This document shows positions 7,827-16,868 of a DNA stretch of 30,503 nt, in pieces. Location of the stretch: IMG/VR virus record IMGVR_UViG_3300005356_000004; one strand, 5' to 3'. The first letter of the stretch is position 1. Every line of letters starts with the position of its first letter. The translations under genes and the position numbers were made by a program. The notes under the pieces are model-generated. The model searched no databases. It was given only the letters and a program-made list of their open reading frames with translations, and was not told where the DNA came from. The stretch is from an uncultured virus (IMG/VR IMGVR_UViG_3300005356_000004). Its lineage: Duplodnaviria; Heunggongvirae; Uroviricota; Caudoviricetes.

Positions 7827-9351
7827 AGTGGGCCAGCACCGCCTCGGTCACGGTCTCCTCATCGATGGTCACGGGCTGACCGGCGTTGATGGCATCAACG
7901 ACCTTGGCCTTCTCGATGAGCACCGCCCACATCACCTCATCGATCGAGGCGTCGGCGTTGAGCACGTGGAGCACCACGTCCCGGTGCTGGCCGATGCGGT
8001 AGATCCGGTCAGCGGCCTGCTGGAGGGAACCAGGCGACCAGGGCAACTGGGCGAACACCAGGTTGGCTGCCTTGTGGAGGGTGATGCCGACACCAGCCGC
8101 CTCGATCTGGCCGACGAGCACGGGCACCTGTCCGGACTGGAAGGCAGCCTGCGCTGCGGCCTTCTTGACGTCGCCCATGCCGCCCTTGACTGCTACCGAC
8201 GACACGCCCTCCTTGGTGAGCCCGGCCACGATGGCATCGATGACCTCGGTGTGCCAGGCCATCACGACGACCTGCTCGCCCTGGTCAGTGAAGTCGACCA
8301 CGTACTCGACCGTGGCGGCGACCTTGGCCTCGCCCGCCATCTTCCACAGGCCCATCATCTCCACGATGGCCTCGGCCTTGGCAGCCTTGCGGGCAGCGGC
8401 GCCGCCCTTGGTGTCGCGGATGTGGGCGATGAAGTCACGCTCAGCCCGGCGGTAGTCCTTCATGGCGCCGTTCAGCACCAGCGAGCGCACGGACCAGCCC
8501 TTGTTGGGCAGGTCCAGCACGTCCTCGCGCTCGATGCGCACGTAGCACGTCTCGGCCATCTTGCGGTTCAGGCCCTGGGCGTCCTTGCAGCCCACGACCT
8601 TCTCGATGGTCCGGCCGAGCGAGGGAATGTAGAGGGGCTCGGTGATGCACCACGCCGAACGGAACGCCGTCCACGAGGCGCCACCGCTGACCTGTGTGGC
8701 GCGGCGGGTGCCCGTGGCCCGGAGGGGCTGGTACACCTCGTCGGGGCGGTTGACGGCGAGCGTGCCGGTCATGGTGATGACATCAGCAGCCGCGTCAGCG
8801 ATGTTGGTGAAGGCCACCGAGCGCTTGGCCGTGCGGCTCTTGTAGCGGTGGGCCTCGTCACCGATCACGAGCCCGGCGCCGAAGGCGATCAGGTCGCCCT
8901 GGCGGGCGTGGATGGTGGAGTCACCGACGATGACGACGTCAGCAGCCGGGATCAGGCCAGCCTTGGTGCCGGTGACAACCTCGACCCGCAGGTGCGGGTA
9001 GTCGGCGGCGAAGTCCTGCGCCCACGGGGTGAGGCGCAGCGTGGGCGGCACCACCACGATGGAGCGGATGCCCTGGGCAGCCTTGGCAGCCACGACCGCC
9101 TGGGCGATGGCCGTCTTGCCCATGCCCGGAGCGAAGCCGAGCACCACCCGGCCGTGCACCAGCGCCGTCTCGGCCGCTGCCACCTGGTAGCCGAACAGCG
9201 TCTTGGTGGCGGGCTCGACCGGGAGCACGAAGCCGGGCGTGGGCTCGGTGCGGGCGGACTCGAACGCGCCAGCGGCCACCACAGCGCCACCCATGACGGT
9301 GGCGGTGTGTGCGGGGCGCTCGGGCTCGTTCAGCAGATCGAAGATGCTCAC
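7816..9351 (-). CDS. SNF2/HARP-like SF2 helicase-ATPase
   Basis: Motif I PGMGKT, DEAH, TGT, GVGITL, QAADRIYRIGQ; AGGAG RBS before GTG. Confidence 0.92.
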   Translation of the reverse strand: MSIFDLLNEPERPAHTATVMGGAVVAAGAFESARTEPTPGFVLPVEPATKTLFGYQVAAAETALVHGRVVLGFAPGMGKTAIAQAVVAAKAAQGIRSIVVVPPTLRLTPWAQDFAADYPHLRVEVVTGTKAGLIPAADVVIVGDSTIHARQGDLIAFGAGLVIGDEAHRYKSRTAKRSVAFTNIADAAADVITMTGTLAVNRPDEVYQPLRATGTRRATQVSGGASWTAFRSAWCITEPLYIPSLGRTIEKVVGCKDAQGLNRKMAETCYVRIEREDVLDLPNKGWSVRSLVLNGAMKDYRRAERDFIAHIRDTKGGAAARKAAKAEAIVEMMGLWKMAGEAKVAATVEYVVDFTDQGEQVVVMAWHTEVIDAIVAGLTKEGVSSVAVKGGMGDVKKAAAQAAFQSGQVPVLVGQIEAAGVGITLHKAANLVFAQLPWSPGSLQQAADRIYRIGQHRDVVLHVLNADASIDEVMWAVLIEKAKVVDAINAGQPVTIDEETVTEAVLAHYGW

Positions 9352-9384
9352 GGATTCTCCTGTGGTGGTGGAGGGGAGGACACT

Positions 9385-9419
9385 GGTCTAGCACGCCCGT
9401 GGCGTGTAAGCAAGTCAGG
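9385..9419 (-). promoter_or_regulatory. Repeated promoter P1
   Basis: cctgacTTGCTT-17-TAGACC (tgc extension) on the minus strand. Confidence 0.8.
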
Positions 9420-9555
9420 CTGATGGGTGCTCGACGGGCTGGCCTGAACCGGGGCAGAGATCGTCATCGAGGCTGCCCGTGGCGGTGTGGTCATAGGACC
9501 ACCCCTCACGGTGGACCTCGACGGTGCGCTTGCACACGGGGCACGTGCCGCTCAT
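9415..9555 (-). CDS. Zn-ribbon-like microprotein (46 aa)
   Basis: MSGTCPVC...H...CPGSG; stop lies in the P1 TGAC. Confidence 0.6.
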   Translation of the reverse strand: MSGTCPVCKRTVEVHREGWSYDHTATGSLDDDLCPGSGQPVEHPSA

Positions 9556-9707
9556 GCCAGCCACCGCATGGCGTGGTCGACCACGTGCTCGGGCCAGCCA
9601 GCGAGGATCAGCGTGTCGGAGACGTCGGCAGCAGCCGACGTCCAGTCGAGGCCCTCGGCGTCGAGCAGGCGGGTGGCCTCGTCCTTGGTGTAGATGGCAT
9701 CACTCAT
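9552..9707 (-). CDS. Hypothetical protein (51 aa)
   Basis: GGAGG RBS; ATGA overlaps. Confidence 0.6.
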   Translation of the reverse strand: MSDAIYTKDEATRLLDAEGLDWTSAAADVSDTLILAGWPEHVVDHAMRWLA

Positions 9708-9895
9708 CGGGCCACCTCCAGCAGGCGAGCGATGAAGAACGCCGAGCGCTCGGCCACGCGAGCAGCGAGCGCTGCACGGTCAGCGGGCGTGGCGTCCTCG
9801 ATGGCCGTCCAGTCGAGGACGTCCATGTTGACGACGGAAGCACCGAGAGCGGTGACCTCGCGATCGCTGAGGTTGCGGGTGGGCGTGGTGGTCAT
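9704..9895 (-). CDS. Hypothetical protein (63 aa), leaderless
   Basis: MTTTPTRNLS...; ATG 7 nt after the P2 -10 box. Confidence 0.65.
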   Translation of the reverse strand: MTTTPTRNLSDREVTALGASVVNMDVLDWTAIEDATPADRAALAARVAERSAFFIARLLEVAR

Positions 9896-9902
9896 GGACA
9901 CA

Positions 9903-9936
9903 GTGCTAGCACACCCGTGATGCTGGAAGCAAGTCA
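9903..9936 (-). promoter_or_regulatory. Repeated promoter P2
   Basis: tgacTTGCTT-18-TAGCAC. Confidence 0.75.
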
Positions 9937-10092
9937 TGCCACCACCTCGGGCAGCGGGAAGGACCAGCCGGTGCGCTTGGCCCAGATGTTCTCGCACGCG
10001 GTGCAGCGAGCCTTGGGGCTGCCGACGTAGCCCTCCCACACCTGGCCGCACAGGGTGCGACCAGGTGTGTTGTCATCAGCGAAGTGGGTCAT
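9934..10092 (-). CDS. Cys-containing microprotein (52 aa)
   Basis: MTHF...TLCG...CTAC; GAGG RBS; stop lies in the P2 TGAC. Confidence 0.6.
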   Translation of the reverse strand: MTHFADDNTPGRTLCGQVWEGYVGSPKARCTACENIWAKRTGWSFPLPEVVA

Positions 10093-10478
10093 GCCTGCAC
10101 CTCGGGCTTGCCCAGGCCGATGACCTCCAGCGGCGTGGGCTCGCTGGCGGGCAGCCTGTAGTAGGCATCACCTACGGTGTAGAACACCAGGCCGTGAGGG
10201 TTGTACTCACTGGTGACGTAGACATGCCAGGCGTTGGTGTGGGTCAGCCAGATGCAGCGCAGCGTGAGGCCACGAGCAGCCAGCACCTCACGAGCGGCCA
10301 GCGTCGTGGCATGCGCCGCCCGGTCGCGGAAGTACGAGGAGGCGTCGCCGTACTCGGTGTAGCGCACGCCGTGGTCGTTGCGGCGCGTGCGCTCAGTCTG
10401 CACCTTGAACGTGTCACGGGGCAGGCCGATGGCCAGCAGGCCGTCGATCACGCGCTGGGCTTGGGGTGTGGTGGTCAT
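10089..10478 (-). CDS. Hypothetical protein
   Basis: MTTTPQAQR; directly downstream of P3. Confidence 0.7.
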   Translation of the reverse strand: MTTTPQAQRVIDGLLAIGLPRDTFKVQTERTRRNDHGVRYTEYGDASSYFRDRAAHATTLAAREVLAARGLTLRCIWLTHTNAWHVYVTSEYNPHGLVFYTVGDAYYRLPASEPTPLEVIGLGKPEVQA

Positions 10479-10487
10479 GAGTGCTCC

Positions 10488-10522
10488 GGTCTAGCAGACT
10501 GGTGATGTGTAAGCAAGTCAGG
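10488..10522 (-). promoter_or_regulatory. Repeated promoter P3
   Basis: cctgacTTGCTT-17-TAGACC. Confidence 0.8.
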
Positions 10523-10629
10523 CATCGTCTCGAAAGCGAAGAACGCCTCAAACCGACGCTTGGCGCGCCGCTCGTCATCGGTCATGGCGAGGGGATCGAG
10601 GTCATGAGGTGCAGGCATGGCTGGTCCTT

Positions 10630-10857
10630 TCAGGCAGTCGCGGTCCGGAGGAACACGCCGTCGACCAGCACACCACCGGCCACGAGCGTGACAGGGGGGA
10701 AGGGCGTGGTGGTGCGAGCGTGCATGGCGAGCGCCTTGGCCAGGCGGGGCGAGGGCACGAACCGCCGCCCACCAGTGAGGTGGAGGTCACACGCAGGCTT
10801 GCCGTGCACCGAGGTGCCGGTGGGCGCAGCGTCGCAGTGGAGGGCGAAGCAGGTCAT
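10630..10857 (-). CDS. Hypothetical protein, leaderless
   Basis: ATG 6 nt after the P4 -10 box; C...C...CxxH. Confidence 0.6.
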   Translation of the reverse strand: MTCFALHCDAAPTGTSVHGKPACDLHLTGGRRFVPSPRLAKALAMHARTTTPFPPVTLVAGGVLVDGVFLRTATA

Positions 10858-10863
10858 CCCGCT

Positions 10864-10918
10864 GGTCTATCAGGTCGGTGGTGTGTTGACACATCAGGAA
10901 GGTGTGTCTGTCGTCACA
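10864..10918 (-). promoter_or_regulatory. Repeated promoter P4 with upstream palindrome
   Basis: GTGTCA-17-TAGACC; TGTGTctgtcgTCACA at 10903-10918. Confidence 0.75.
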
Positions 10919-10937
10919 CCAGAGGCTCGATGCCCGC

Positions 10938-11127
10938 AAACCCGCATGGATGCTGGGTTTCGTGATTGAGCCAGTTGTCATGCGGGTCTGAGTTGTCACC
11001 ATTGACATTGACGCTGGTCAGCCCTTGTTTCCGGAAGCGACTTGACAAGTGCCGATTCGCTCAGGCTGCGACAGAACGGTCAGGGTGGGGTGCTTGGTGC
11101 CGGAAACAGTTTCCGTCGATCCTGGGG
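10938..11127 (+). repeat. 190-bp non-coding module, copy 1
   Basis: Collinear with 24447-24636 at a constant offset of 13509. Confidence 0.8.
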
Positions 11128-11254
11128 CCGTACAGAGGCCAATCCGGGGATCTGTGCTGCATGCAGCAGGGGCCACCTCAGAGCGCTGCTGCCAGCACCA
11201 CCGACCACCACGACGGTGGGGCGGCGCAGCACCCTGAGGTGACCCCCGCTGTTG

Positions 11255-11815
11255 TCAGCCCTCGATGTGTGGCATCACGTCATCGAGGAACGTCTCGACG
11301 GCAGGTCGGAAGGTAGGGTCCTGTCCGACCGTGAAGTACTCACCGCAAGCGTTGCAGCGCCACTGGTACGTGGTTGACGTGTCGTAGGTGTCGGTTGAGC
11401 CACAGGCCGGGCATGCGTGAGCCTCGGGCTCCTCGATGATGTTGGTCAGGTCACCGAAGTGCTTGACCGCGTTCGCCTCAAACGCTCGCTCGACGTCGTG
11501 CCAGTCGAAGCCAGCCCACTCGCCGGTTGCCACGATGCCGTACGCAGCCAGCCAGTCGGCGCGGGTGCGGCGCTTGTCGACGGTGCCCTTGGCGGTCAGG
11601 TTGTAGCCGTACTCACGGACGCTCACCATGGGCTCGTTGCCCTCGTAGTCGCTGCCGTAGGAGGCAGTGACATGGACACTGGTGACCAGGAAGCCGGTCC
11701 CCCGCTGGCGAGGCTTGATGATGACGCCACCCTCGTCGTTCTCGCTCAGGTCGAAGACGAACGTGATCTGCACGCGGGTCTCGCTGGTGTGCTCTGGGAC
11801 GGTGGGTGTGGTCAT
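11255..11815 (-). CDS. Hypothetical protein with C-terminal Zn ribbon
   Basis: CPACGS...WRCNACG; GAGGAG RBS. Confidence 0.7.
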   Translation of the reverse strand: MTTPTVPEHTSETRVQITFVFDLSENDEGGVIIKPRQRGTGFLVTSVHVTASYGSDYEGNEPMVSVREYGYNLTAKGTVDKRRTRADWLAAYGIVATGEWAGFDWHDVERAFEANAVKHFGDLTNIIEEPEAHACPACGSTDTYDTSTTYQWRCNACGEYFTVGQDPTFRPAVETFLDDVMPHIEG

Positions 11816-11976
11816 TGCTCGGTCTCCTCGTTGTCGTCGTCATCAGCCCACTCGCTGGGGCTGGGGTCTGGCTTGTGCTTGCGGGGGACGGTGGAGGCTC
11901 GCAGCCTCACACCGTCCCGGAAGGCCTGGCGATCGGCGTGATTCCACGCCCGATCGCGGCCGCTGCTCCAGGTCAC
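11812..11976 (-). CDS. Hypothetical protein (54 aa)
   Basis: GTGA and ATGA overlaps. Confidence 0.55.
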   Translation of the reverse strand: MTWSSGRDRAWNHADRQAFRDGVRLRASTVPRKHKPDPSPSEWADDDDNEETEQ

Positions 11977-12716
11977 CCCCACGGCAGGCCTCGGTTCGAT
12001 GCGCACACCGGGCCGTAGCCCACCTCGACCGAGCGGCCCTCGCCCTCGTCACTCAACTCGATGCCGCAGAAGCAGCAGTGATGCGTCACGTGACCGAGCG
12101 CCGCGGCCTCCTCGGCCGTGATCTTGGTGGCCTTGCGCACGAGCGGCATGCCGTTCTTCAAGTAGTCCCACCGGATGCGTCCGGGGCTCGTCGGCCACGG
12201 GGCGATGGAGGCGTAGAGGTTGCCGCTCGACCGCGACATGCGGACGAGGAGCAGGTCCTTGTCAGCCGTGACGAAGACGTCACCGTGCTCGGCGCCGTTG
12301 TTGTTGCTGACAGCAGCCTTGCCGGACACCTTGGGCGCAGCCTTCAAGCGGGTGATGATGCTGGAAGCATCGGCAGCGGGCACCTTGGCCGGGTCGGTGC
12401 CGACCAGGTCGGCAGGCACCACGCGGTCGGCCAGCAGGCTGGCGATGAAGGACTGCTGAGCCGGGCTGGCAGCGCGGAAGACGGGCTTGGCGCCGTCGAC
12501 CAGGCCGGACTCGATGCGGCGGACGAGGTTGATCATGGCATCGATGGCCTTGCTGGCCGAGTACGAGTCGCCGGTCCCGTTGACCAGGATGCTGCGCAGG
12601 ATGTCGGCGTGCGGCGCCAGGGTGCGCTCGACCTCGGGCACGCCCTTGTGGGCGGACAACTCGTTGAAGAGGCGCTTGATCAGTGCGATCTGCTTGTCGG
12701 AGGCTGGCTTGGCCAT
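11973..12716 (-). CDS. DUF6011-type phage protein
   Basis: C-terminal CCFCGIELSD...SVEVGYGPVCA; two ASxxQ repeats at the N-terminus; start downstream of P5. Confidence 0.8.
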   Translation of the reverse strand: MAKPASDKQIALIKRLFNELSAHKGVPEVERTLAPHADILRSILVNGTGDSYSASKAIDAMINLVRRIESGLVDGAKPVFRAASPAQQSFIASLLADRVVPADLVGTDPAKVPAADASSIITRLKAAPKVSGKAAVSNNNGAEHGDVFVTADKDLLLVRMSRSSGNLYASIAPWPTSPGRIRWDYLKNGMPLVRKATKITAEEAAALGHVTHHCCFCGIELSDEGEGRSVEVGYGPVCASNRGLPWG

Positions 12717-12759
12717 GGTGGTGGTTCCCGTTTCGTGGTGGTGGAGTGGGGAGGACACT

Positions 12760-12794
12760 GGTCTATCACGTCGTGTAGTCGGAAGCAAGTCAGG
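12760..12794 (-). promoter_or_regulatory. Repeated promoter P5
   Basis: cctgacTTGCTT-17-TAGACC. Confidence 0.8.
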
Positions 12795-12820
12795 TGTACC
12801 TGGATACACGTGACACCCGT

Positions 12821-13114
12821 TCACCCCTTGTCGTCGTGCTCGTCCAGGTAGAGGATGCCCCCGAACCGTGCGGCGTCCTGGTCCGCAGAGATGTACTCCA
12901 CGAACGCATGGCCCAGGACGTGCAGCCGCTCGAAATGGGCGTAGATGTCGGGCAGGCTGTCACCATCAACAACCACCTCGACCGACTGCCAGTGATCGGA
13001 GCGGTCCTCCTCGGGCTCGCCGTACTCGGCCAGCACCGCCACCACCGACTGGAAGTCCTCCCAGTCGGAGGAGTGGCGTGTGTCCAGCGTCACCATGACG
13101 CGTGCCCGACTCAT
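12821..13114 (-). CDS. Hypothetical acidic protein
   Basis: ATGA overlap. Confidence 0.65.
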   Translation of the reverse strand: MSRARVMVTLDTRHSSDWEDFQSVVAVLAEYGEPEEDRSDHWQSVEVVVDGDSLPDIYAHFERLHVLGHAFVEYISADQDAARFGGILYLDEHDDKG

Positions 13115-13476
13115 CGGACGTACAGGTAGTGGCCGAAGCGGTCGGCCTCGGCCATCAGCCAGGCGAACTTGTCGTCATCGAGAAGCGAGCAGCACACGGC
13201 CAGGCCGTTCTTGCGCTTGGCCGGAGCCTTCCAGCCAGCGGCCTTGATGAGGTTGCCGTTGCTGACGTCAACGAAGGCGTGGACCATGCGCTGGCCGTTG
13301 CCACCGTGGACGCAGACGATGCGGATGAACTTGGCGCCGACCTCGGTCTCGTACCGGTCCGGCGAGAGGATGGGATGCTGCGCCTGGCCGTCGGCCACGA
13401 ACTTGGCGGTCAGCACCTCGATGCGCTCCAGGATGGCGGCGAGGCGCTTGGCGTCCTCGACGGTGGTGGTGGTCAT
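13111..13476 (-). CDS. Conserved phage protein (VHAFVD...KAAGWKAPAK family)
   Basis: Recognisable widespread phage motif; leaderless after P6. Confidence 0.75.
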   Translation of the reverse strand: MTTTTVEDAKRLAAILERIEVLTAKFVADGQAQHPILSPDRYETEVGAKFIRIVCVHGGNGQRMVHAFVDVSNGNLIKAAGWKAPAKRKNGLAVCCSLLDDDKFAWLMAEADRFGHYLYVR

Positions 13477-13482
13477 GGTTCC

Positions 13483-13538
13483 GTTCTATCAGGTCGGTTG
13501 ATGTGTAAACACGTCAGGTGAGCGTGACAGTTGTCACA
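13483..13538 (-). promoter_or_regulatory. Repeated promoter P6 with palindrome
   Basis: GTGTTT-18-TAGAAC; CGTGACagttGTCACA at 13523-13538. Confidence 0.8.
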
Positions 13539-13889
13539 TCACCAGTTGGGGTGCTCCTCGATCCACTGCTGGCAGCCGGGCAGGTCGATCTTCTGGACCA
13601 CGCAGTACTGGTACATGCCCTCGTTGTGCTCCCGCCGGTCAGCCTCGACCGAGGCCGAGGCCGGACCGAACACTGCGGCCAACGTGCCGATGAACAACGC
13701 CACGAAGAGGGTGAGCACACCGCAGACGATGAAGAAGCGCTTGGTGAGCGCACCCTTGGGCGCGTACGGATCGGTGAGCCAGCGCAGGGTGAGGATGAAC
13801 ACCACGGCGAAGAGACCACCAGCCACGGCGCCCTTGGCCGAAGGCATGGGGAGATGCTTGCGCGGAGGCTCACCGTCGAAGATGCTCAT
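13539..13889 (-). CDS. Two-TM membrane protein
   Basis: Two hydrophobic helices; GAGG RBS. Confidence 0.65.
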   Translation of the reverse strand: MSIFDGEPPRKHLPMPSAKGAVAGGLFAVVFILTLRWLTDPYAPKGALTKRFFIVCGVLTLFVALFIGTLAAVFGPASASVEADRREHNEGMYQYCVVQKIDLPGCQQWIEEHPNW

Positions 13890-14236
13890 GACAGCACCTC
13901 ACGGTCACCGAGCGCCGAGCGCACGAGGGACTGGTGCTTGCTGGTCGTGTTGGAGTACTTGACCTCGGGCATCACCCAATGGCCAGCCTCGGCGTCGAAC
14001 CAGGCGATGGGCGTGCGGTACGAGCACACCACGAAGACGATGGCGCCGACGTTCGTGCGGGTGGTGAACGTGCGAGCCCAGTCACCGGGAAGTTGCCCGA
14101 TGTCGTGCCACTCCTGGCGACCGGCGAGGGCGCCAGCGTTGAAGTCCACGCGGGCGTTCAGGGCGTTCTCCCAGATGCCACGCCAGTCGACGTACGACTG
14201 GCCACGGCTCGGGCGGGTGGTCAGGGTGATGGTCAC
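13886..14236 (-). CDS. Conserved phage protein (SYxTPIA...YSxTTSKHQ family)
   Basis: Motif; GGAGGAG RBS before GTG 14236. Confidence 0.75.
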   Translation of the reverse strand: MTITLTTRPSRGQSYVDWRGIWENALNARVDFNAGALAGRQEWHDIGQLPGDWARTFTTRTNVGAIVFVVCSYRTPIAWFDAEAGHWVMPEVKYSNTTSKHQSLVRSALGDREVLS

Positions 14237-14382
14237 TTCTCCTCCTCGTAGCCGTCGAACCAACCCTCGCCGTGCGTGTCCTCACGCTGGCAGTGCGCCT
14301 GCGCCTGCTCCAGCGTCAGGCCACGCTTGATGACCTTGCTGTTGCCGTTGAAGCGGAAGCGGATGATCTTGTACGTGGTCAC
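14233..14382 (-). CDS. Conserved small phage protein (GLTLEQAQAHC...WFDGY)
   Basis: 49 aa; GTGA overlaps; GGAGG RBS; not in the ORF track. Confidence 0.75.
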   Translation of the reverse strand: MTTYKIIRFRFNGNSKVIKRGLTLEQAQAHCQREDTHGEGWFDGYEEEK

Positions 14383-14786
14383 TTGCTGGCCTCCTGGTTG
14401 GCGATGGCGCGGTCGATGGCCTGGGAGGCGCGCTCGGCCTTGGTGTACTGGGCGGTGACGTAGTGCCAGTTGATCTGCACGCCGCTCACCGTGATGTTGT
14501 CGAAGTTGTCGTTGTCACCGGTGACAACCGCCACCTCGTGGACGAGGTACGTGCGCACCTCGGCGCCGGAGTAGCCCTGCGAGCCACGACCGGACCAGTA
14601 CTTGCCTCCGGCGATCTTGATGGTCAGCACCGAATCGGTGAACTGGACCACCTCGGCCTCCTGGTGCTGCTCGCCTCGGATCTGGACCCGGCCGCTGCGG
14701 CTGATCTGGATGAAGCCTCGGTGCGAGCCGCCCGTGTTCCACAGGGTGTGGGCCGTCTCGTTCAGGATCTCGTGTGTGGTGGTCAT
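14379..14786 (-). CDS. Hypothetical protein
   Basis: MTTTHEI; directly after P7. Confidence 0.7.
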   Translation of the reverse strand: MTTTHEILNETAHTLWNTGGSHRGFIQISRSGRVQIRGEQHQEAEVVQFTDSVLTIKIAGGKYWSGRGSQGYSGAEVRTYLVHEVAVVTGDNDNFDNITVSGVQINWHYVTAQYTKAERASQAIDRAIANQEASK

Positions 14787-14794
14787 CGCTCTCT

Positions 14795-14850
14795 GTTCTA
14801 TCAGGGTTCGGAACCTTGGCGCCAGTCAGGTGGGCGTGACTGATGTCACA
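14795..14850 (-). promoter_or_regulatory. Repeated promoter P7 with operator and palindrome
   Basis: TAGAAC -10; GGGTTCGGAACC at 14804-14815; CGTGACtgatGTCACA at 14835-14850. Confidence 0.8.
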
Positions 14851-14868
14851 ACCCACCTGATGCTGACA

Positions 14869-15240
14869 TCAGACTCGGGGCGTGTTGACCCACTCCAGCA
14901 TGGCGGCGCCACCCTCGGCGCGCTCGATGGCCTGGAGCGCTCGTGTCCACTCGTAGCGGGCGCGCTTGCTGGACTGCTGGTCGAGCAGTTCACGCATCGA
15001 GCGGGTCATGCCGTTGAGGACGGTTCGCACGAGCACCAGGTCACCTTCGTCGGCAGCCTGGCTGACAACCTTGGACTGAGCGATCAGGGTCTCGATGGCG
15101 AGCCGGAAGGACACGAGGAAGCCGCCCGTGCGGATGCCGTCGCCCTTGGCGAGAGGAAGTCCGAACAGCAGCGCGTCCTCGGTGTCCTGCATGCGGTAGC
15201 GGATCAGGTCAGTGGGCTTGTCTGCGGTGGTGAGAGGCAT
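14869..15240 (-). CDS. Hypothetical helical protein, leaderless
   Basis: ATG 7 nt after the P8 -10 box. Confidence 0.7.
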   Translation of the reverse strand: MPLTTADKPTDLIRYRMQDTEDALLFGLPLAKGDGIRTGGFLVSFRLAIETLIAQSKVVSQAADEGDLVLVRTVLNGMTRSMRELLDQQSSKRARYEWTRALQAIERAEGGAAMLEWVNTPRV

Positions 15241-15247
15241 GGTGTCC

Positions 15248-15302
15248 GTTCTATCAGGTCGTGGTTCCGGAAACAGATCAGGATGACGTGACTGTTGTCA
15301 CA
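15248..15302 (-). promoter_or_regulatory. Repeated promoter P8 with palindrome
   Basis: CTGTTT-17-TAGAAC; CGTGACtgttGTCACA at 15287-15302. Confidence 0.8.
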
Positions 15303-15582
15303 TCACCCTGACTGCGAAGCGGATGGAGTGGATGACGTCGCGCTCGTAGGACTCGGCCTTGTACCAGGCCGTCTCGCCCTTGAAGACCTTGGCGCGGGGC
15401 ACCGGCTTGGTGCCGTCGACACGCACCCGGTAGGCGCCGCTGTCGTACGTGTGGCCGGAGTGGCTGTCCCGCAGGTCGGCCACCTCCCGGATGACACGCT
15501 GCACGGCACCGTCCGAGTTGCGGACCACCTGGACGGCCGAGACCGTGCGCCAGGCGCCCTCGATGACGTAGCGGGTGCTCAT
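15298..15582 (-). CDS. Hypothetical protein (FKGETAW motif)
   Basis: GGAGG RBS; TGATG coupling; stop lies inside the palindrome. Confidence 0.65.
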   Translation of the reverse strand: MSTRYVIEGAWRTVSAVQVVRNSDGAVQRVIREVADLRDSHSGHTYDSGAYRVRVDGTKPVPRAKVFKGETAWYKAESYERDVIHSIRFAVRVM

Positions 15583-15950
15583 CAGTGCTTCCTCCCGCCG
15601 CAGATGCGGCAATCGGGGTCGGTGTGCATGGCGTGCGTGCGCTCACCGGGCTCGTACTCGTGGCTGTCGATGGGCAGTGGTCGGACCACGGAGTAGGTCG
15701 TGGTGTGGATCAGGTCGTCGGACTCGTCCAGCCAGTCGACCATGAACATGTCGTCGGTGATAGCGACGATCCCGTGCGAGTCGGTGATGACCACGCTGGA
15801 GCCATCGAGCGTCCAGCGGGACTTCCCGGCCTTGGCGAGGGTGCGCGGGCCCGGAGCCCACGTCACCTCGCCCCGCACGGTCTGCACCGTGTTGATGACC
15901 TGGCCGACGTGAGCGTCGAGCCAGCGGGCTGCTGCACGCTTGCTGCTCAT
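15582..15950 (-). CDS. Hypothetical protein
   Basis: ATGA overlap; C-terminal CRICG. Confidence 0.65.
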   Translation of the reverse strand: MSSKRAAARWLDAHVGQVINTVQTVRGEVTWAPGPRTLAKAGKSRWTLDGSSVVITDSHGIVAITDDMFMVDWLDESDDLIHTTTYSVVRPLPIDSHEYEPGERTHAMHTDPDCRICGGRKH

Positions 15951-16192
15951 GCCGTCACCTGGTGACGCTTGTCGTTGGCATCAGCGGCCTGCACCAGACG
16001 CTCGGCCAGGAACCTGGCCTGGTCGGCGGTGAGGTTGAAGTGGACCATCACCTCGGCGTCGGAGGTGGGGCTGGAATGCCACACCCGGAAGCCGAGACCC
16101 GGCTTGCTCACGAGGTCGAGGCCTTCGATGAAGTGCCCGCCCTCGGCGCCGGTGGTGTCCGGAACGGTGATGACGAAGTCTTGGATGCTCAC
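15947..16192 (-). CDS. Hypothetical protein (LTADQARFLAxxLxxAAD motif)
   Basis: AAAGGGA RBS before GTG 16192. Confidence 0.65.
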   Translation of the reverse strand: MSIQDFVITVPDTTGAEGGHFIEGLDLVSKPGLGFRVWHSSPTSDAEVMVHFNLTADQARFLAERLVQAADANDKRHQVTA

Positions 16193-16226
16193 TGCGGTTC
16201 CCTTTCGTGGTGGTGGGGAGGACACT

Positions 16227-16282
16227 GGTCTATCAGGGTTCGGTACCCTGATGCCAGTCAGGCTGTTGTGACATCAGTCACC
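16227..16282 (-). promoter_or_regulatory. Repeated promoter P9 with operator variant and palindrome
   Basis: TAGACC; GGGTTCGGTACCC at 16236-16248; TGTGACatcaGTCACC at 16267-16282. Confidence 0.8.
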
Positions 16283-16499
16283 GCAGCGCCAGCCTGCCGT
16301 CAGTGCTGACGAGCAGGCCGACACCGCAGCCGGGGCAGGCAGCGCCGCCGTCGCGGATGAACGACACCTTGGTCATCTCCGCGATCGGCCCGCCCGTCAG
16401 GCTCACCATGCCATCGAGGCCTGGGAGGTTGAGCATCAGCACCTTGACGTCCATGTCACAGACCGGGCACTCGGTGATGCGGATGACGTTCGTTGCCAT
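16278..16499 (-). CDS. Zn-ribbon small protein, leaderless
   Basis: CPVC...CPGC; ATG 6 nt after the P10 -10 box. Confidence 0.65.
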   Translation of the reverse strand: MATNVIRITECPVCDMDVKVLMLNLPGLDGMVSLTGGPIAEMTKVSFIRDGGAACPGCGVGLLVSTDGRLALR

Positions 16500-16505
16500 G
16501 ACACT

Positions 16506-16560
16506 GGTCTATCAGGTCCTGTAGTCGGAACCAAGTCACCCGGGTGTGTCTGTTGTCACA
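16506..16560 (-). promoter_or_regulatory. Repeated promoter P10 with palindrome
   Basis: TTGGTT-17-TAGACC; TGTGTctgttGTCACA at 16545-16560. Confidence 0.8.
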
Positions 16561-16868
16561 TCAGTACGGTCGTTCCACCAGCCCCAGCCCAGGTCGGTGA
16601 GGACGTAGGCCGTGAACGTGGACCGGGATGACAGGCCCTTGATGCGACGCAGGTAGCCCTTGTCGGCCAGGTGCTCCAGCGCCATGGCAGCACCCACCGG
16701 CCACACCTGGAGCGTCCGGTAGTCCTTGGTCTCGCTGGGCGAGGGATCGTAGGCGACGGCGTTGCGCAGGTTCTTGGCCGTGACCGCTCGGGGCCGATAG
16801 CGGTCACGGGTGAGCACCCGGCAGACGTCGAGCAGGACCATGCGCTGGTGACGGGTGAGTGTTGCCAT
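16536..16868 (-). CDS. Putative winged-helix DNA-binding protein
   Basis: LTRHQRMVL...ALEHLADKGYLRR...YVLTDLG pattern. Confidence 0.55.
   Translation of the reverse strand: MATLTRHQRMVLLDVCRVLTRDRYRPRAVTAKNLRNAVAYDPSPSETKDYRTLQVWPVGAAMALEHLADKGYLRRIKGLSSRSTFTAYVLTDLGWGWWNDRTDVTTDTPG

Noticed and set aside
7396..9423. 675-aa + strand ORF and similar long ORFs (22953..24344, 24622..25902, 27305..28099, 21625..22479, 11667..12851)
   Set aside because: Antisense shadows of real genes caused by high GC3; no motifs or RBS
10475..10618. Possible 47-aa minus-strand ORF (MPAPHDLDPLAMTDDERR...)
   Set aside because: Has an AAGGA RBS but reads through promoter P3; too uncertain to list
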